DNA from: Minisyncoccota bacterium | GTDB lineage: Bacteria; Patescibacteriota; Minisyncoccia; Phycocordibacterales; UBA918 | Assembly (NCBI GenBank): GCA_041389025.1 | Contig: JAWKSP010000001.1 | Coordinates: forward strand, 478,663-542,662 | Reading direction: 5' to 3' | DNA: 64,000 nt | Part shown: positions 47,875 to 57,006 of the stretch, piece after piece | Numbering within the stretch: position 1 is the stretch's first letter | Layout of the letters: each line of letters begins with the position of its first letter | The notes under the pieces: model-generated | What the model was told of the DNA's origin: nothing | Seen by the model: the letters and a program-made list of their open reading frames with translations, nothing else | Database searches by the model: none | Position numbers and translations under genes: made by a program

Positions 47875-48660
47875 ATGTCTGAAAAAACTGAGAAATACGT
47901 AATTTTAGAAAAAGCAGTTGGTGAAACACCACTAGAATGTACTGAAAAGTGGCGTAAGACTAGACCAGATTTAGCCGGAGTGCCGTTAGCTTACGCCGGT
48001 CGTCTCGACCCAATGGCTTCGGGACAACTTTTAGTGTTGGTTGGTGAGGAGTGTAAAAAACAAACTGAATATCATAACCTTGATAAAGAATATGAGTTTG
48101 AAATTTTGTTTGGTGTTTCTTCTGATTCTGGTGATGTGCTAGGTATCATTACAGAGACCACTAAAAAAGTTATTGATGAAAATGAAATAAAATCCGTTTT
48201 AGAAAATATGATTGGTGACATTGAACTACCCTACCCAATCTTTTCCTCAAAGACAGTTAAAGGTATACCACTTCACACCTGGACTATGGAAGGAAGATTA
48301 AATGAAATAGAAATTCCCACCCGCAAATCAAAAATTTATGAACTAGAACTTTTAGAAACAAAAGAACTAACAAGAGAAGACATAGCTAAAATTACTCTTG
48401 AAAAAATTGAAACTATCCCCCCAGTCACCGATAAAAGAAAAGCTCTGGGTAATGACTTTAGAAGGCCGAAGGTGCGGAAAAGTTGGCAAAGCTTTGCCAA
48501 CTTTTCCGCACCCGAAGACCGCTTTACTATCGCAAAAGTCCGCTGCCTTTCATCTAGCGGAACCTACATGCGCACTTTAGCGGAAGTTATAGCTGAAAAA
48601 CTAGGTTCAAAAGGACTAGCTTTTAGTATTCATCGAACACAAGTATTTTTAACTAATTAA
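47875..48660 (+). CDS. truB: TruB-family tRNA pseudouridine synthase-like protein
   Basis: LAYAGRLDPMASGQLLVLVGEECKK matches the TruB catalytic-Asp motif (GxxGxLDPxAxGxL) and downstream KxY segment. Confidence 0.6.
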   Translation: MSEKTEKYVILEKAVGETPLECTEKWRKTRPDLAGVPLAYAGRLDPMASGQLLVLVGEECKKQTEYHNLDKEYEFEILFGVSSDSGDVLGIITETTKKVIDENEIKSVLENMIGDIELPYPIFSSKTVKGIPLHTWTMEGRLNEIEIPTRKSKIYELELLETKELTREDIAKITLEKIETIPPVTDKRKALGNDFRRPKVRKSWQSFANFSAPEDRFTIAKVRCLSSSGTYMRTLAEVIAEKLGSKGLAFSIHRTQVFLTN

Positions 48661-48749
48661 ACAAAAAAACATTTACTTTTCTGGAGATAACATAACCCCT
48701 ACCCTCAAGCTTTCAAAAACTTGAGGGGATTTTTATAAATACAAAAAAC

Positions 48750-50723
48750 TTATTTACTTAACTCCTCCACCTTCTTTAAATAAGCATCCACTGTCATCAC
48801 ATACTCGGCATGACTCCAGATCAAAGGGGCAGTTGATAAATGTTCACGGGTATTGGGATGCATTTGCTCCGCTAAAACACCACCAGTAGTAGCATGGGAA
48901 CAAGTCCACTCCAATATATCCAAAGGATCTTTTAAATCACTTAGTTTCTTGGCTTTTTTAATCATATATTTTGCCATCCAAAGTGTAGTAATAACCCACG
49001 GATTTGGTGACTCAGCATCATGCATACGATAATAGCTGTCGTTTTCATAACGCACATAACCTTTACTATTTGATGAAGATAATTGTAGTTTCTCCATCAC
49101 CGTTTTTACAGACCTCTCTATTCTTGGATCATCAATGTCAAACACATCAAAAAACATTGGTCCATAAAAACTACTAACATCTAAAGTTTTATCAAAAATT
49201 AATTCTTCATTTTCGTTATATAAAGCATGCTTCACAAACATACCCAACTTTTCATCATACAAAATATCTCCAATTGCTTTTTGCATTCTTTGCGCCACCG
49301 CTTGATAAGTACGAGCATCATCATCCTTACCTAAAATCATTGCAAACCGCGAAGCGGCCAGTAAAGAACCGTATACCGACGAAGCTGTATAAGTAGAAAT
49401 ACCATATTTTTCTTCCCATAAATCATAAGAAGCCTGCGGTAAACCAGTAGCTGAGTCTATGTACTCACACATAAACCTTGCCGCTGGTTCAATAAACGGA
49501 TTATAAAGTGATTCAATAAATTCTAAATCACGATTTTGCTCGTAATGTTGCCAAAGCGCAAAGACAATTGAAGCAGTCTCATCTTCTTGAATCGGTAAAT
49601 GTGGTTTTCCATTTTGCAGCCACGGATGCCAAGAACTACCAAGAGCTCCATCAGACCGATATTTATGCATTAAATACCCTCCTGGTTCAATTAAATTGGT
49701 TATAAATGAATAAAAAGATTGAGCAGTATCACCATAACCAGCAATATCTAAGGCCATTGCCACAAAAGCACCATCACGTGGCCAAACATAACTATATGTA
49801 TCACGCCCGTGATGTAACATATCTGTATCGGAAGAAGCGATAATACCGCCACGATTGTCAGTATGTATTCTTATAGTAATTAAAGAGCGATCAAATAATC
49901 TTTGCAACGGCTTTGAAAACAGCGATAAATCTCTCTCCTCTTTATCAATCCAAGCCTTCCAATAAGCTTCAGTTGAAGAAATAAGCCGGTCAGGATCTTC
50001 TTCTATAACATACTCATCTAAAGTATGAACCTCTGCAACTGACTCACCACAAACCACCCAATAATAACAATCAGCACTACTTTCAGCTGATATATTGGCA
50101 CTTAAGCTGATTATTGAATCAACTGAACCGTGTTCAATTGGATTTCTCTCCAACTTACCATCATAAGCATCAAAATAGGTTCCTTCTTTATTTTCAATAC
50201 CAAATAAACCAATATTGTAATCTGAAAATTGTTTGCCATTTACAAAAGCATTTACCAAAAGCGTAACTTTACCTTTGTAGTGAATAATAGCTTTAACTCT
50301 TGGATCATAGAATGCCGTATCCCCGCGGCGCGATTCAGAAATTCTAAATTGTTGTGATAAAAATAATTTTATTTCCCTTTCTTCATTACCGTTATTGGTA
50401 ATAGTAAATTTACGTAAAAAAACATTTTGTTCATTATGGACAGTGTCTTTACTAGAAATAGTAACTGCTAGTTTTTTGTTTTCCGCTGTCATTTCCCCAA
50501 CACAACCTTGGTGCACTGAACAAAAATCAACCTGCCAATCACCATCATCCAGCCATGACATTTCCCCACCAACGAAGATCCCAATACGATGTACGTAGTT
50601 ACCACTAGCCCCACTGACATGATTCGATTCACCAACAAACGGATAGTAAAGATCACGCACTTGGCCCTTATGATCTAGGCCAATTAGAAGATTACCATTT
50701 CCAACTGTTACTGCTCGAGCCAT
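48750..50723 (-). CDS. Glycoside hydrolase family 15-like protein (glucoamylase/glucodextranase-type, (alpha/alpha)6 barrel)
   Basis: 657 aa; N-terminal beta domain plus catalytic barrel region with conserved acidic/aromatic blocks typical of bacterial GH15. Confidence 0.7.
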   Translation of the reverse strand: MARAVTVGNGNLLIGLDHKGQVRDLYYPFVGESNHVSGASGNYVHRIGIFVGGEMSWLDDGDWQVDFCSVHQGCVGEMTAENKKLAVTISSKDTVHNEQNVFLRKFTITNNGNEEREIKLFLSQQFRISESRRGDTAFYDPRVKAIIHYKGKVTLLVNAFVNGKQFSDYNIGLFGIENKEGTYFDAYDGKLERNPIEHGSVDSIISLSANISAESSADCYYWVVCGESVAEVHTLDEYVIEEDPDRLISSTEAYWKAWIDKEERDLSLFSKPLQRLFDRSLITIRIHTDNRGGIIASSDTDMLHHGRDTYSYVWPRDGAFVAMALDIAGYGDTAQSFYSFITNLIEPGGYLMHKYRSDGALGSSWHPWLQNGKPHLPIQEDETASIVFALWQHYEQNRDLEFIESLYNPFIEPAARFMCEYIDSATGLPQASYDLWEEKYGISTYTASSVYGSLLAASRFAMILGKDDDARTYQAVAQRMQKAIGDILYDEKLGMFVKHALYNENEELIFDKTLDVSSFYGPMFFDVFDIDDPRIERSVKTVMEKLQLSSSNSKGYVRYENDSYYRMHDAESPNPWVITTLWMAKYMIKKAKKLSDLKDPLDILEWTCSHATTGGVLAEQMHPNTREHLSTAPLIWSHAEYVMTVDAYLKKVEELSK

Positions 50724-50729
50724 GAAAAA

Positions 50730-51158
50730 TTAAACTGTATAGGTTTTTAAGTGTTTAGCTACCACCTGACAAGCTTTATCTCGCCCTTTAGTTTTTCGTA
50801 AATCAGTCGCACAATCACTATCACATAAAACACCATCTACCCAATCGGCAAAATCATTTTTTTCGCTGTTGACATGATAACCAAAAACTTCTTGATCCAT
50901 ATTAGTAAGCGCTTCTTGTAGAGCCATTAAATTATTTATTATTTGTCCATCATTTACCCAAAATGACTGATCGTCACTGGCATAAACTAAAACCTTTACC
51001 GTTACTTTGGGTTTAGTGTTTTTTGAAACTTTTTTTGTAGTTGATTTTGTGGTTTTTTTTGCACTAGTTTTAGCGACCTTTGTTTTTGTAGCGATTTTTT
51101 TAACCACTTTTTTAGCAACTGGTTTTTTAGCTGTTTTCTTTGTTGTTTTACTTGGCAT
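50730..51158 (-). CDS. Hypothetical protein with a histone-H1-like Lys/Thr/Ala-rich N-terminus and an ~85-aa C-terminal globular domain
   Basis: N-terminal 55 aa are KKxA/KTxK repeats; C-terminal VKVLVYASDDQSFWVNDGQIINNL... Embedded between the GH15 and GH57 genes. Confidence 0.5.
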   Translation of the reverse strand: MPSKTTKKTAKKPVAKKVVKKIATKTKVAKTSAKKTTKSTTKKVSKNTKPKVTVKVLVYASDDQSFWVNDGQIINNLMALQEALTNMDQEVFGYHVNSEKNDFADWVDGVLCDSDCATDLRKTKGRDKACQVVAKHLKTYTV

Positions 51159-51169
51159 AAAAATAAGAA

Positions 51170-52576
51170 CTAATCTCTTCTTCGAGAACTAATAAAGAAC
51201 GATACTAACTTGGTAAACCATAGTTTCAATTTTGTCATGATTTTTTGCCACCAAGATGTAATCGCTTCCTCCTCTATAACCTCCAAACTCATCCCCACCT
51301 CAGCTTTTACCAGTTGTATTTCTTTATCATCTTCCACTTCTAAGGAAGTTTGTTTTTCAGCTTCATCCGCCACTAAAGCTAAAGTGCGACTTACCCTTAA
51401 TTGTAAATCACTTAAGGCATTCATGAAAGCGATATATGCGTCATATGGGGATTGGTAAGGACTGAAGTAAGCGTGCACATCGCCATCAGCTGACCACTTG
51501 GTACACATGTAATAAAAATGATCAGAAGTTTGCAGACGACGCCAATCTTCTGTTAAAACATCATCATTAATCTTCATAACCTGATCCTCCATTCCATAAA
51601 TAGCTCCGATGGCATCACGTTGAATATCGTTACCGATCCAAGCCGTTAGATCACGATCCGTGTCAGCCCAAGTCAATATATCTGGCACATCAAAATCCCC
51701 AACAGTGTCGTAAGCCATGACAGTCTCAGTTGGAGTCTTAAAAGAAGTATCAGGATGTCTCATTAAGATATCTGGTAAAGCATGTAGAAAATCAAAAATA
51801 CCAGTATCCTCCCATTGATGTTCACCAAAGGTCTCATAGTCCATAAATAGATTGATAGTTTGACCATCGCCATGATGTGAATGAATCCAGTTTGCATAAG
51901 TTTCGGCTGATAAAGGCCAACTCTCCCACGCACGATTACCAAACCGAAAAGCAACATCATCAGATAATTTATAATTTTTTAGTAGGACTTTTATTTTAGA
52001 ACAACCAGTTGGGCGATAAAGAAAGTTTGGACTACGCCAACCCAAATACTTATCCCAACCCTCAGCCATAATCCCTAAGTAACCATTATCCTCACACCAC
52101 TTAGCCAAGTCATTCCGGTAAGACATTTCGGTATTTCTAAATATCCGTGGTGTCACTCCAAACAATTGTTCAATTCTCTCACGGTGTCGATTCACCTGTC
52201 TTTCAAATTCCGGCACTGAATAAAAGAAAGCCAATGAGTGGTAATAAGTATCGGCCAGTATCTCTACTCGACCACTAGACACTAGACGTTGGAAAGATTC
52301 TAAAACGTCCGGGGCATATTCTTCGAATTGATCTAAAACTGTTCCAGAAAAAGATAACGCAAAACGAAATTCCGGATGATTGTCTAAAAGACTTTGTAAA
52401 ACAGCGTTAGTTGGACGGTAAGATTTATTGGCAACTTTTTCGATTATTTTTCGGTTATTTAAATCAGTCTGGCTGTTATCATTAAAATACTGCTGGTCGT
52501 TACCAATATCAAATATCCGGTAATTTTTTACGCGGTAGGGTTGATGAACATGAAAATATGGACAGACAGTAAGCAT
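51170..52576 (-). CDS. Glycoside hydrolase family 57 protein (alpha-amylase/4-alpha-glucanotransferase-like)
   Basis: N-terminal CPYFHVHQPYR GH57 signature; ~470 aa. Confidence 0.75.
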   Translation of the reverse strand: MLTVCPYFHVHQPYRVKNYRIFDIGNDQQYFNDNSQTDLNNRKIIEKVANKSYRPTNAVLQSLLDNHPEFRFALSFSGTVLDQFEEYAPDVLESFQRLVSSGRVEILADTYYHSLAFFYSVPEFERQVNRHRERIEQLFGVTPRIFRNTEMSYRNDLAKWCEDNGYLGIMAEGWDKYLGWRSPNFLYRPTGCSKIKVLLKNYKLSDDVAFRFGNRAWESWPLSAETYANWIHSHHGDGQTINLFMDYETFGEHQWEDTGIFDFLHALPDILMRHPDTSFKTPTETVMAYDTVGDFDVPDILTWADTDRDLTAWIGNDIQRDAIGAIYGMEDQVMKINDDVLTEDWRRLQTSDHFYYMCTKWSADGDVHAYFSPYQSPYDAYIAFMNALSDLQLRVSRTLALVADEAEKQTSLEVEDDKEIQLVKAEVGMSLEVIEEEAITSWWQKIMTKLKLWFTKLVSFFISSRRRD

Positions 52577-52582
52577 AATTAT

Positions 52583-53803
52583 CTAACTAGCATATTTTAA
52601 CAGATTTTGATAAAGCTGTTTTATTTTATCCGCTACAACTTGCCAATTTAGACGTTTTAGCTCGAATCGACCTTCTTTTTTTATTTGTTCTCGCATCACT
52701 GGATATCTAAGGGCGGCTAAAATCTTATTGGCCATTTCTTCGACATCCCAAAAATCTACCTTTAGTACATGAGTCATTACTTCTGATACCCCAGACTGTT
52801 TACTTATAAGTGAAGCGGTACCGTGTTGCAAAGCCTCAAGTGGCACTAAACCAAACGGCTCAGATACTGACGGCATAACCATCAGGTCAGCAGTTTGATA
52901 CATGCGGTCACGTTCTTTATCCCATAAGGCACCCGCAAAAATAACATTCTGTGATAATGACAATTGTCCTACCAACTCGATAATCTTATTAGTCATATCA
53001 CCAGATCCAGACACCACAAACACTACGTCAGGGTCAACATCCACCACCAACCTAGCTGCTCGCACAAAATAATCTACTCCTTTTTGAATCGTAATCCGAC
53101 CATGATATAAGACTATTTTCTTTCCCTGCGCTTTCAAATCAGCTAAAGCTGGAGCATGGTGTTCTGGTTCATAAGTATCACAACCATTATGTACTACCTC
53201 AACTTTATTTGGGTCTATTCCGTGTTTATTGACAATAATATTTTTAGTAAATTGACTAACTGCAATTATTTTATCAGCAGCCGCAAAACCTTCTTTCTCA
53301 ATTTTATAAACCCGCGGATCGACATTATCACTAGCCGCTTGATCAAACGAAGTGGCATGAACATGAAGAATCAACGGTCGACCACTAGCTAGCTTGGCCG
53401 CTATACCAGCTAAGTAAGAAGTCCAATCATGAGCATGAATCACATCAAAAACTTCTTCTCGAGCAATCAACGAAGCTTGGTGGGCGTACTTGTGCACTTC
53501 ATCAATAATGGTACTGGCTTTTATAATTGGTTGACCACTTTCATCATAGCCAACAATAGTACTTACTTTACTCTCGGCTGATAAGTAAGGTTTAATAGAA
53601 GACTCGACCTCTCGTACCTTTACATTAAATCCCTTGTCAGCAAAAAGAAACTTGGCATGACCCATAACCTTTTGCTGTTTTGGTAATACAAAAATAACCT
53701 CAACTCCTTTATCTAAAAGCTCACGAGTCAAACCAAAACAAGCAACTCCAAGACCACCGTTATATGACGGTGGAAATTCCCAGCCAAAGGTTAATACTCT
53801 CAT
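52583..53803 (-). CDS. GT-B glycosyltransferase (GT4/glycogen-synthase-like alpha-glucan synthase)
   Basis: MRVLTFGWEFPP...GGLG N-terminal motif and EPFGLVPLEALQHGTAS E-x7-E region. Confidence 0.75.
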   Translation of the reverse strand: MRVLTFGWEFPPSYNGGLGVACFGLTRELLDKGVEVIFVLPKQQKVMGHAKFLFADKGFNVKVREVESSIKPYLSAESKVSTIVGYDESGQPIIKASTIIDEVHKYAHQASLIAREEVFDVIHAHDWTSYLAGIAAKLASGRPLILHVHATSFDQAASDNVDPRVYKIEKEGFAAADKIIAVSQFTKNIIVNKHGIDPNKVEVVHNGCDTYEPEHHAPALADLKAQGKKIVLYHGRITIQKGVDYFVRAARLVVDVDPDVVFVVSGSGDMTNKIIELVGQLSLSQNVIFAGALWDKERDRMYQTADLMVMPSVSEPFGLVPLEALQHGTASLISKQSGVSEVMTHVLKVDFWDVEEMANKILAALRYPVMREQIKKEGRFELKRLNWQVVADKIKQLYQNLLKYAS

Positions 53804-54000
53804 AAATATTTAAAGTAAAACCACTACACAGGACGCAAACCAACGGCGTAGTCAGTTGTTACTATGATAACATTTTGTTTTTTGTTTTTTTAAAACAAAA
53901 TTGAATTATGTTGATTAGCTAATCACAAACAGTCGCAAACTCTAGACCGATGCGTGATACTATGTAATAGTATTAAATTGTTTGGTTTAATTTTCAAACT

Positions 54001-55161
54001 ATGACTAATTTTGAAGCAAATTCAATAACTGATTCTATAAATAACTCATTTGAAACCAGCGAGAAGAACGCCAGAATAATTGCCCAAGGTGGAGATTTTT
54101 ATTTTATAAAAGAAAAATTAACCACAGCCGACTTGCTCGAAAAAGAAAAAGAGCGAGTTAAAAAAGAATATCAAGAACACTTAGATAAAATACAGTTTTT
54201 GACTGATAGCGACCTGGAAATGTTCACCATCATCGAGTTATACGACAAAAATCTAGCTCTCCATAGTCTGGAAACTTTCCTTCTAGCCAGGAGTAAGGCT
54301 GAACGACCACTGGCTTTTAATATTGTCCTAATCGACATTTTCGCTACTGAAGATGTCACTCCAGAACAATTTTTCCGCGCTTGTTTTTTGCATGATGTTG
54401 GTAAAGTCTATGTTCCAAATTTTATTTTAAATAACGAAGCCAGTTTTCATGAAATAGCCAATATCTTAAATCAAAAACTAAGTGAAGGTGATAACGATAC
54501 TTTAGCTAATATTGCCCGCAAAACCGGTGAATCAACAAAAGACAAGACCAAAGAAGAACTACTTCAAATACTAAAAAAACATTATATACGACCAGTTTAT
54601 GTAGTACCGGTAAAATATTTACTTAATGAAAAAGAAAATATTGTAGCTAAAAATTCTTATCATTTAAATACTGACTTTTCTTTAATGGATATTATTGAGA
54701 CTCACGAAAAACACTCCGGTGATATTTTGCGTCAAGCTGGTTATGAAATAGAAGCTGACTTGGCCGGCGCACATCACAATTACCACGGACGAGGATCAAA
54801 CCACCCTAAAACCTTAGAAGCCTTAAAACTCACCATCGATAGCGTGGAACTTCTGCGTATTGCCGACATTACTCATGCACTTGGCGACTCTCGCTCGTAC
54901 AACAAAACCGGATTTTCCAAACCAAAAATTTGGACAATTATACTTGAAGAAGTAAACGCCGGTAAAGTCAGTGAGGTAATGGCTTATCTTTGGCTTGAAG
55001 ATGAAGTGAAAGTTTTTGAACAGGATAAAAATAACCTTGAAAACTTAACAATTGAAGGCCAAGCGCACCTCGAGTCCGTTAAAAAAGAGTTGGTGAAAAT
55101 GTATAAAAATATCAGTTCTGAAGGTGAAACCGAGGAGTTTATGCATCCTAAAGCAGCTTAG
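54001..55161 (+). CDS. HD-domain phosphohydrolase, possibly a degenerate HD-GYP-type
   Basis: H...HD motif (CFLHDVGK); later HHNYHGRGSNHP resembling HHExxDGSGYP. Confidence 0.55.
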   Translation: MTNFEANSITDSINNSFETSEKNARIIAQGGDFYFIKEKLTTADLLEKEKERVKKEYQEHLDKIQFLTDSDLEMFTIIELYDKNLALHSLETFLLARSKAERPLAFNIVLIDIFATEDVTPEQFFRACFLHDVGKVYVPNFILNNEASFHEIANILNQKLSEGDNDTLANIARKTGESTKDKTKEELLQILKKHYIRPVYVVPVKYLLNEKENIVAKNSYHLNTDFSLMDIIETHEKHSGDILRQAGYEIEADLAGAHHNYHGRGSNHPKTLEALKLTIDSVELLRIADITHALGDSRSYNKTGFSKPKIWTIILEEVNAGKVSEVMAYLWLEDEVKVFEQDKNNLENLTIEGQAHLESVKKELVKMYKNISSEGETEEFMHPKAA

Positions 55162-55184
55162 ACGACAGATAATTGCACAGCGGG

Positions 55185-55217
55185 AACAGGGCGAAAATCA
55201 AAGATTTTCGCCCTGTT
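55185..55217 (+). terminator. Rho-independent terminator of the HD-domain gene
   Basis: aacagggcgaaaatc-aaag-attttcgccctgtt. Confidence 0.55.
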
Positions 55218-55373
55218 GTGGTCTTTAACACCTCCTCTTGACATAAGTACTATATTATGGTTATAATACTGATAATCAAGCATTTGAAGCTTGGGAGTTT
55301 CTTTTTGAATCAACTATTTTGACTGGCGACCGACCAGTGCATAGCTGGCGTGATCAAAGGCAAAGGAGAAAAC

Positions 55374-56102
55374 ATGTCTAATACAATAAGAGTTTATCTT
55401 AATGACAACCTACTGAGAAAAAAAATAGACCAAGACTATCCTTACATATCTGACGATTATATTTGCTTCGGTACAAACACCAATTCAACACACAAAATCT
55501 TTGTAAGCTACGACGTTAAAAACGGTTTCTATGTAGCAGTACCGTACGAACCAAAAGAAACATTAACGTTGAATAGTTTAATCATACCCAACATCAAGTT
55601 TATATCATTCGTCTTCACTGACAAGGAACTGCTGTACAGTAAAGGTTCGTATCAAAAAGGAAGTCTGACCTACAGAACTGAAAGGGATGTGATTCCCGAT
55701 AAAAAAATTCAGTTTGAAAACAGTGACTTGACTGAAAAAACCGGTAAAGTTTGCGTAAAAGCAAACACCGTTGAGGAATTTAATGTCTTAATGGATAAAT
55801 TTTTCAAAGGTGAACTTGTGAAAGATGGTGTGGACAAAACCGCACGAGAAATTGCGGTTGAGTACCAACCACGACTCCAGGCCAAAGCTTTAAAGTTAGA
55901 AAGTAACTTGTGGATAAAAATAGGATATGGATTGGGACTTATTCCCGACAACACAAAAAGAAAGCTTTCGGAAGAGGAACTACGAAGCGAAGGTACGCCC
56001 TATTTATATATAGTAAGAAATATTCATGGCTTGAACTCGTATATTTCTAAAACCATGCAGACTCGCTGGTATAGAATTGGTTGTCTTTTAAGATTCTGTT
56101 AA
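55374..56102 (+). CDS. Hypothetical protein (243 aa)
   Basis: ATG with SD aaaggagaaaac. Preceded by a TTGACA-17-TATAAT promoter at ~55237-55266 and a ~110-nt leader. Confidence 0.5.
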   Translation: MSNTIRVYLNDNLLRKKIDQDYPYISDDYICFGTNTNSTHKIFVSYDVKNGFYVAVPYEPKETLTLNSLIIPNIKFISFVFTDKELLYSKGSYQKGSLTYRTERDVIPDKKIQFENSDLTEKTGKVCVKANTVEEFNVLMDKFFKGELVKDGVDKTAREIAVEYQPRLQAKALKLESNLWIKIGYGLGLIPDNTKRKLSEEELRSEGTPYLYIVRNIHGLNSYISKTMQTRWYRIGCLLRFC

Positions 56103-56178
56103 ACCAGTAACTAGACTAATCTTTTAGTTAAGAAGCGAAACCGGCTTATTTGGTTTCGCTTTTTATTTTTTAAATATA

Positions 56179-56703
56179 TCACCTCCTCCCATCATAAGCC
56201 CAATGCAACAAAGCCTGCCGTTGCTTTTTTCGACAAATTAGATCGCCTTTAGTACAATTATTTATTATTTGACTGGCGTGACGTTTCATATTTTTCCAGC
56301 GCTTAATTTGCCTTTCATCTTCCCCGTCACCAAGCCTTCTTCCTAGATAGTAGCGCGCATACCACTGAAACCACCCATGCGGATCATTTCTATAAATCCA
56401 ACCTTTCTCCTGCCACACCTTGAGTGACTGACTGGCGTTTACCTTAAAATAATTTAGCTCCTTGTTTGACTCTTCGACTCCTTTCGGTTGCAACTTAGCT
56501 TTTTCAAACCAACTATCCGGAAACTCTTTTTTATCTTCTCTAAAATAAAGTCCGCCAAATACTCCCAGCTCTAACATTTCTTTCGGAGTAAGTTCGGGCT
56601 TGAAATCAGGATGAAAATTTCGTCCAACTGGCTCAGACAGCTCGTAAATATATCCTTTAGGACTTCGACTCTTGATTTTGGTTCCCTTTTTGTATTTAGT
56701 CAT
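56179..56703 (-). CDS. Conserved hypothetical protein (Trp/Tyr/Arg-rich, 174 aa)
   Basis: Clean ORF with distinctive GWFQWYARYYLGRR segment; family not identified. Confidence 0.5.
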   Translation of the reverse strand: MTKYKKGTKIKSRSPKGYIYELSEPVGRNFHPDFKPELTPKEMLELGVFGGLYFREDKKEFPDSWFEKAKLQPKGVEESNKELNYFKVNASQSLKVWQEKGWIYRNDPHGWFQWYARYYLGRRLGDGEDERQIKRWKNMKRHASQIINNCTKGDLICRKKQRQALLHWAYDGRR

Positions 56704-56768
56704 AAGTTATCAATATTATACCTCCTACCGTTGACTATTTATCAAATTTTGTTACTATTCTAGCCATT

Positions 56769-56948
56769 ATGTCACAGGATTTATTGGTAAAGCTGGTTTC
56801 CGCCGGCGACAAAAATGGCGTTGGTAAAGGTCATGTTTACTACACTCGCTATAACAATAAGGTTAAAAAAGACCCGAGTAAGAAGTACGAGACAACAAAA
56901 TTCAATCCAATAGCTAAATGTCATACTGTTTATAAGCAGAAAAAATAG
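56769..56948 (+). CDS. rpmG: 50S ribosomal protein L33
   Basis: 59-aa ORF below the ORF-track cutoff. MSQDLLVKLVSAGDKNGVGKGHVYYTRYNNKVKKDPSKKYETTKFNPIAKCHTVYKQKK matches the L33 pattern (LVS.AG.G..Y.T.KN......K.E..KF.P....H..YKE.K). Confidence 0.75.
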   Translation: MSQDLLVKLVSAGDKNGVGKGHVYYTRYNNKVKKDPSKKYETTKFNPIAKCHTVYKQKK

Positions 56949-56993
56949 CTGGAATTAAAAACACCCCTTTAAGGGGTGTTTTTAATTCCAGCT
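56947..56993. terminator. 47-nt perfect palindrome; bidirectional terminator between rpmG (+) and fba (-)
   Basis: agctggaattaaaaacacccc-tttaa-ggggtgtttttaattccagct. Confidence 0.6.
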
Positions 56994-57006
56994 ATTTTCT
57001 TACCAC

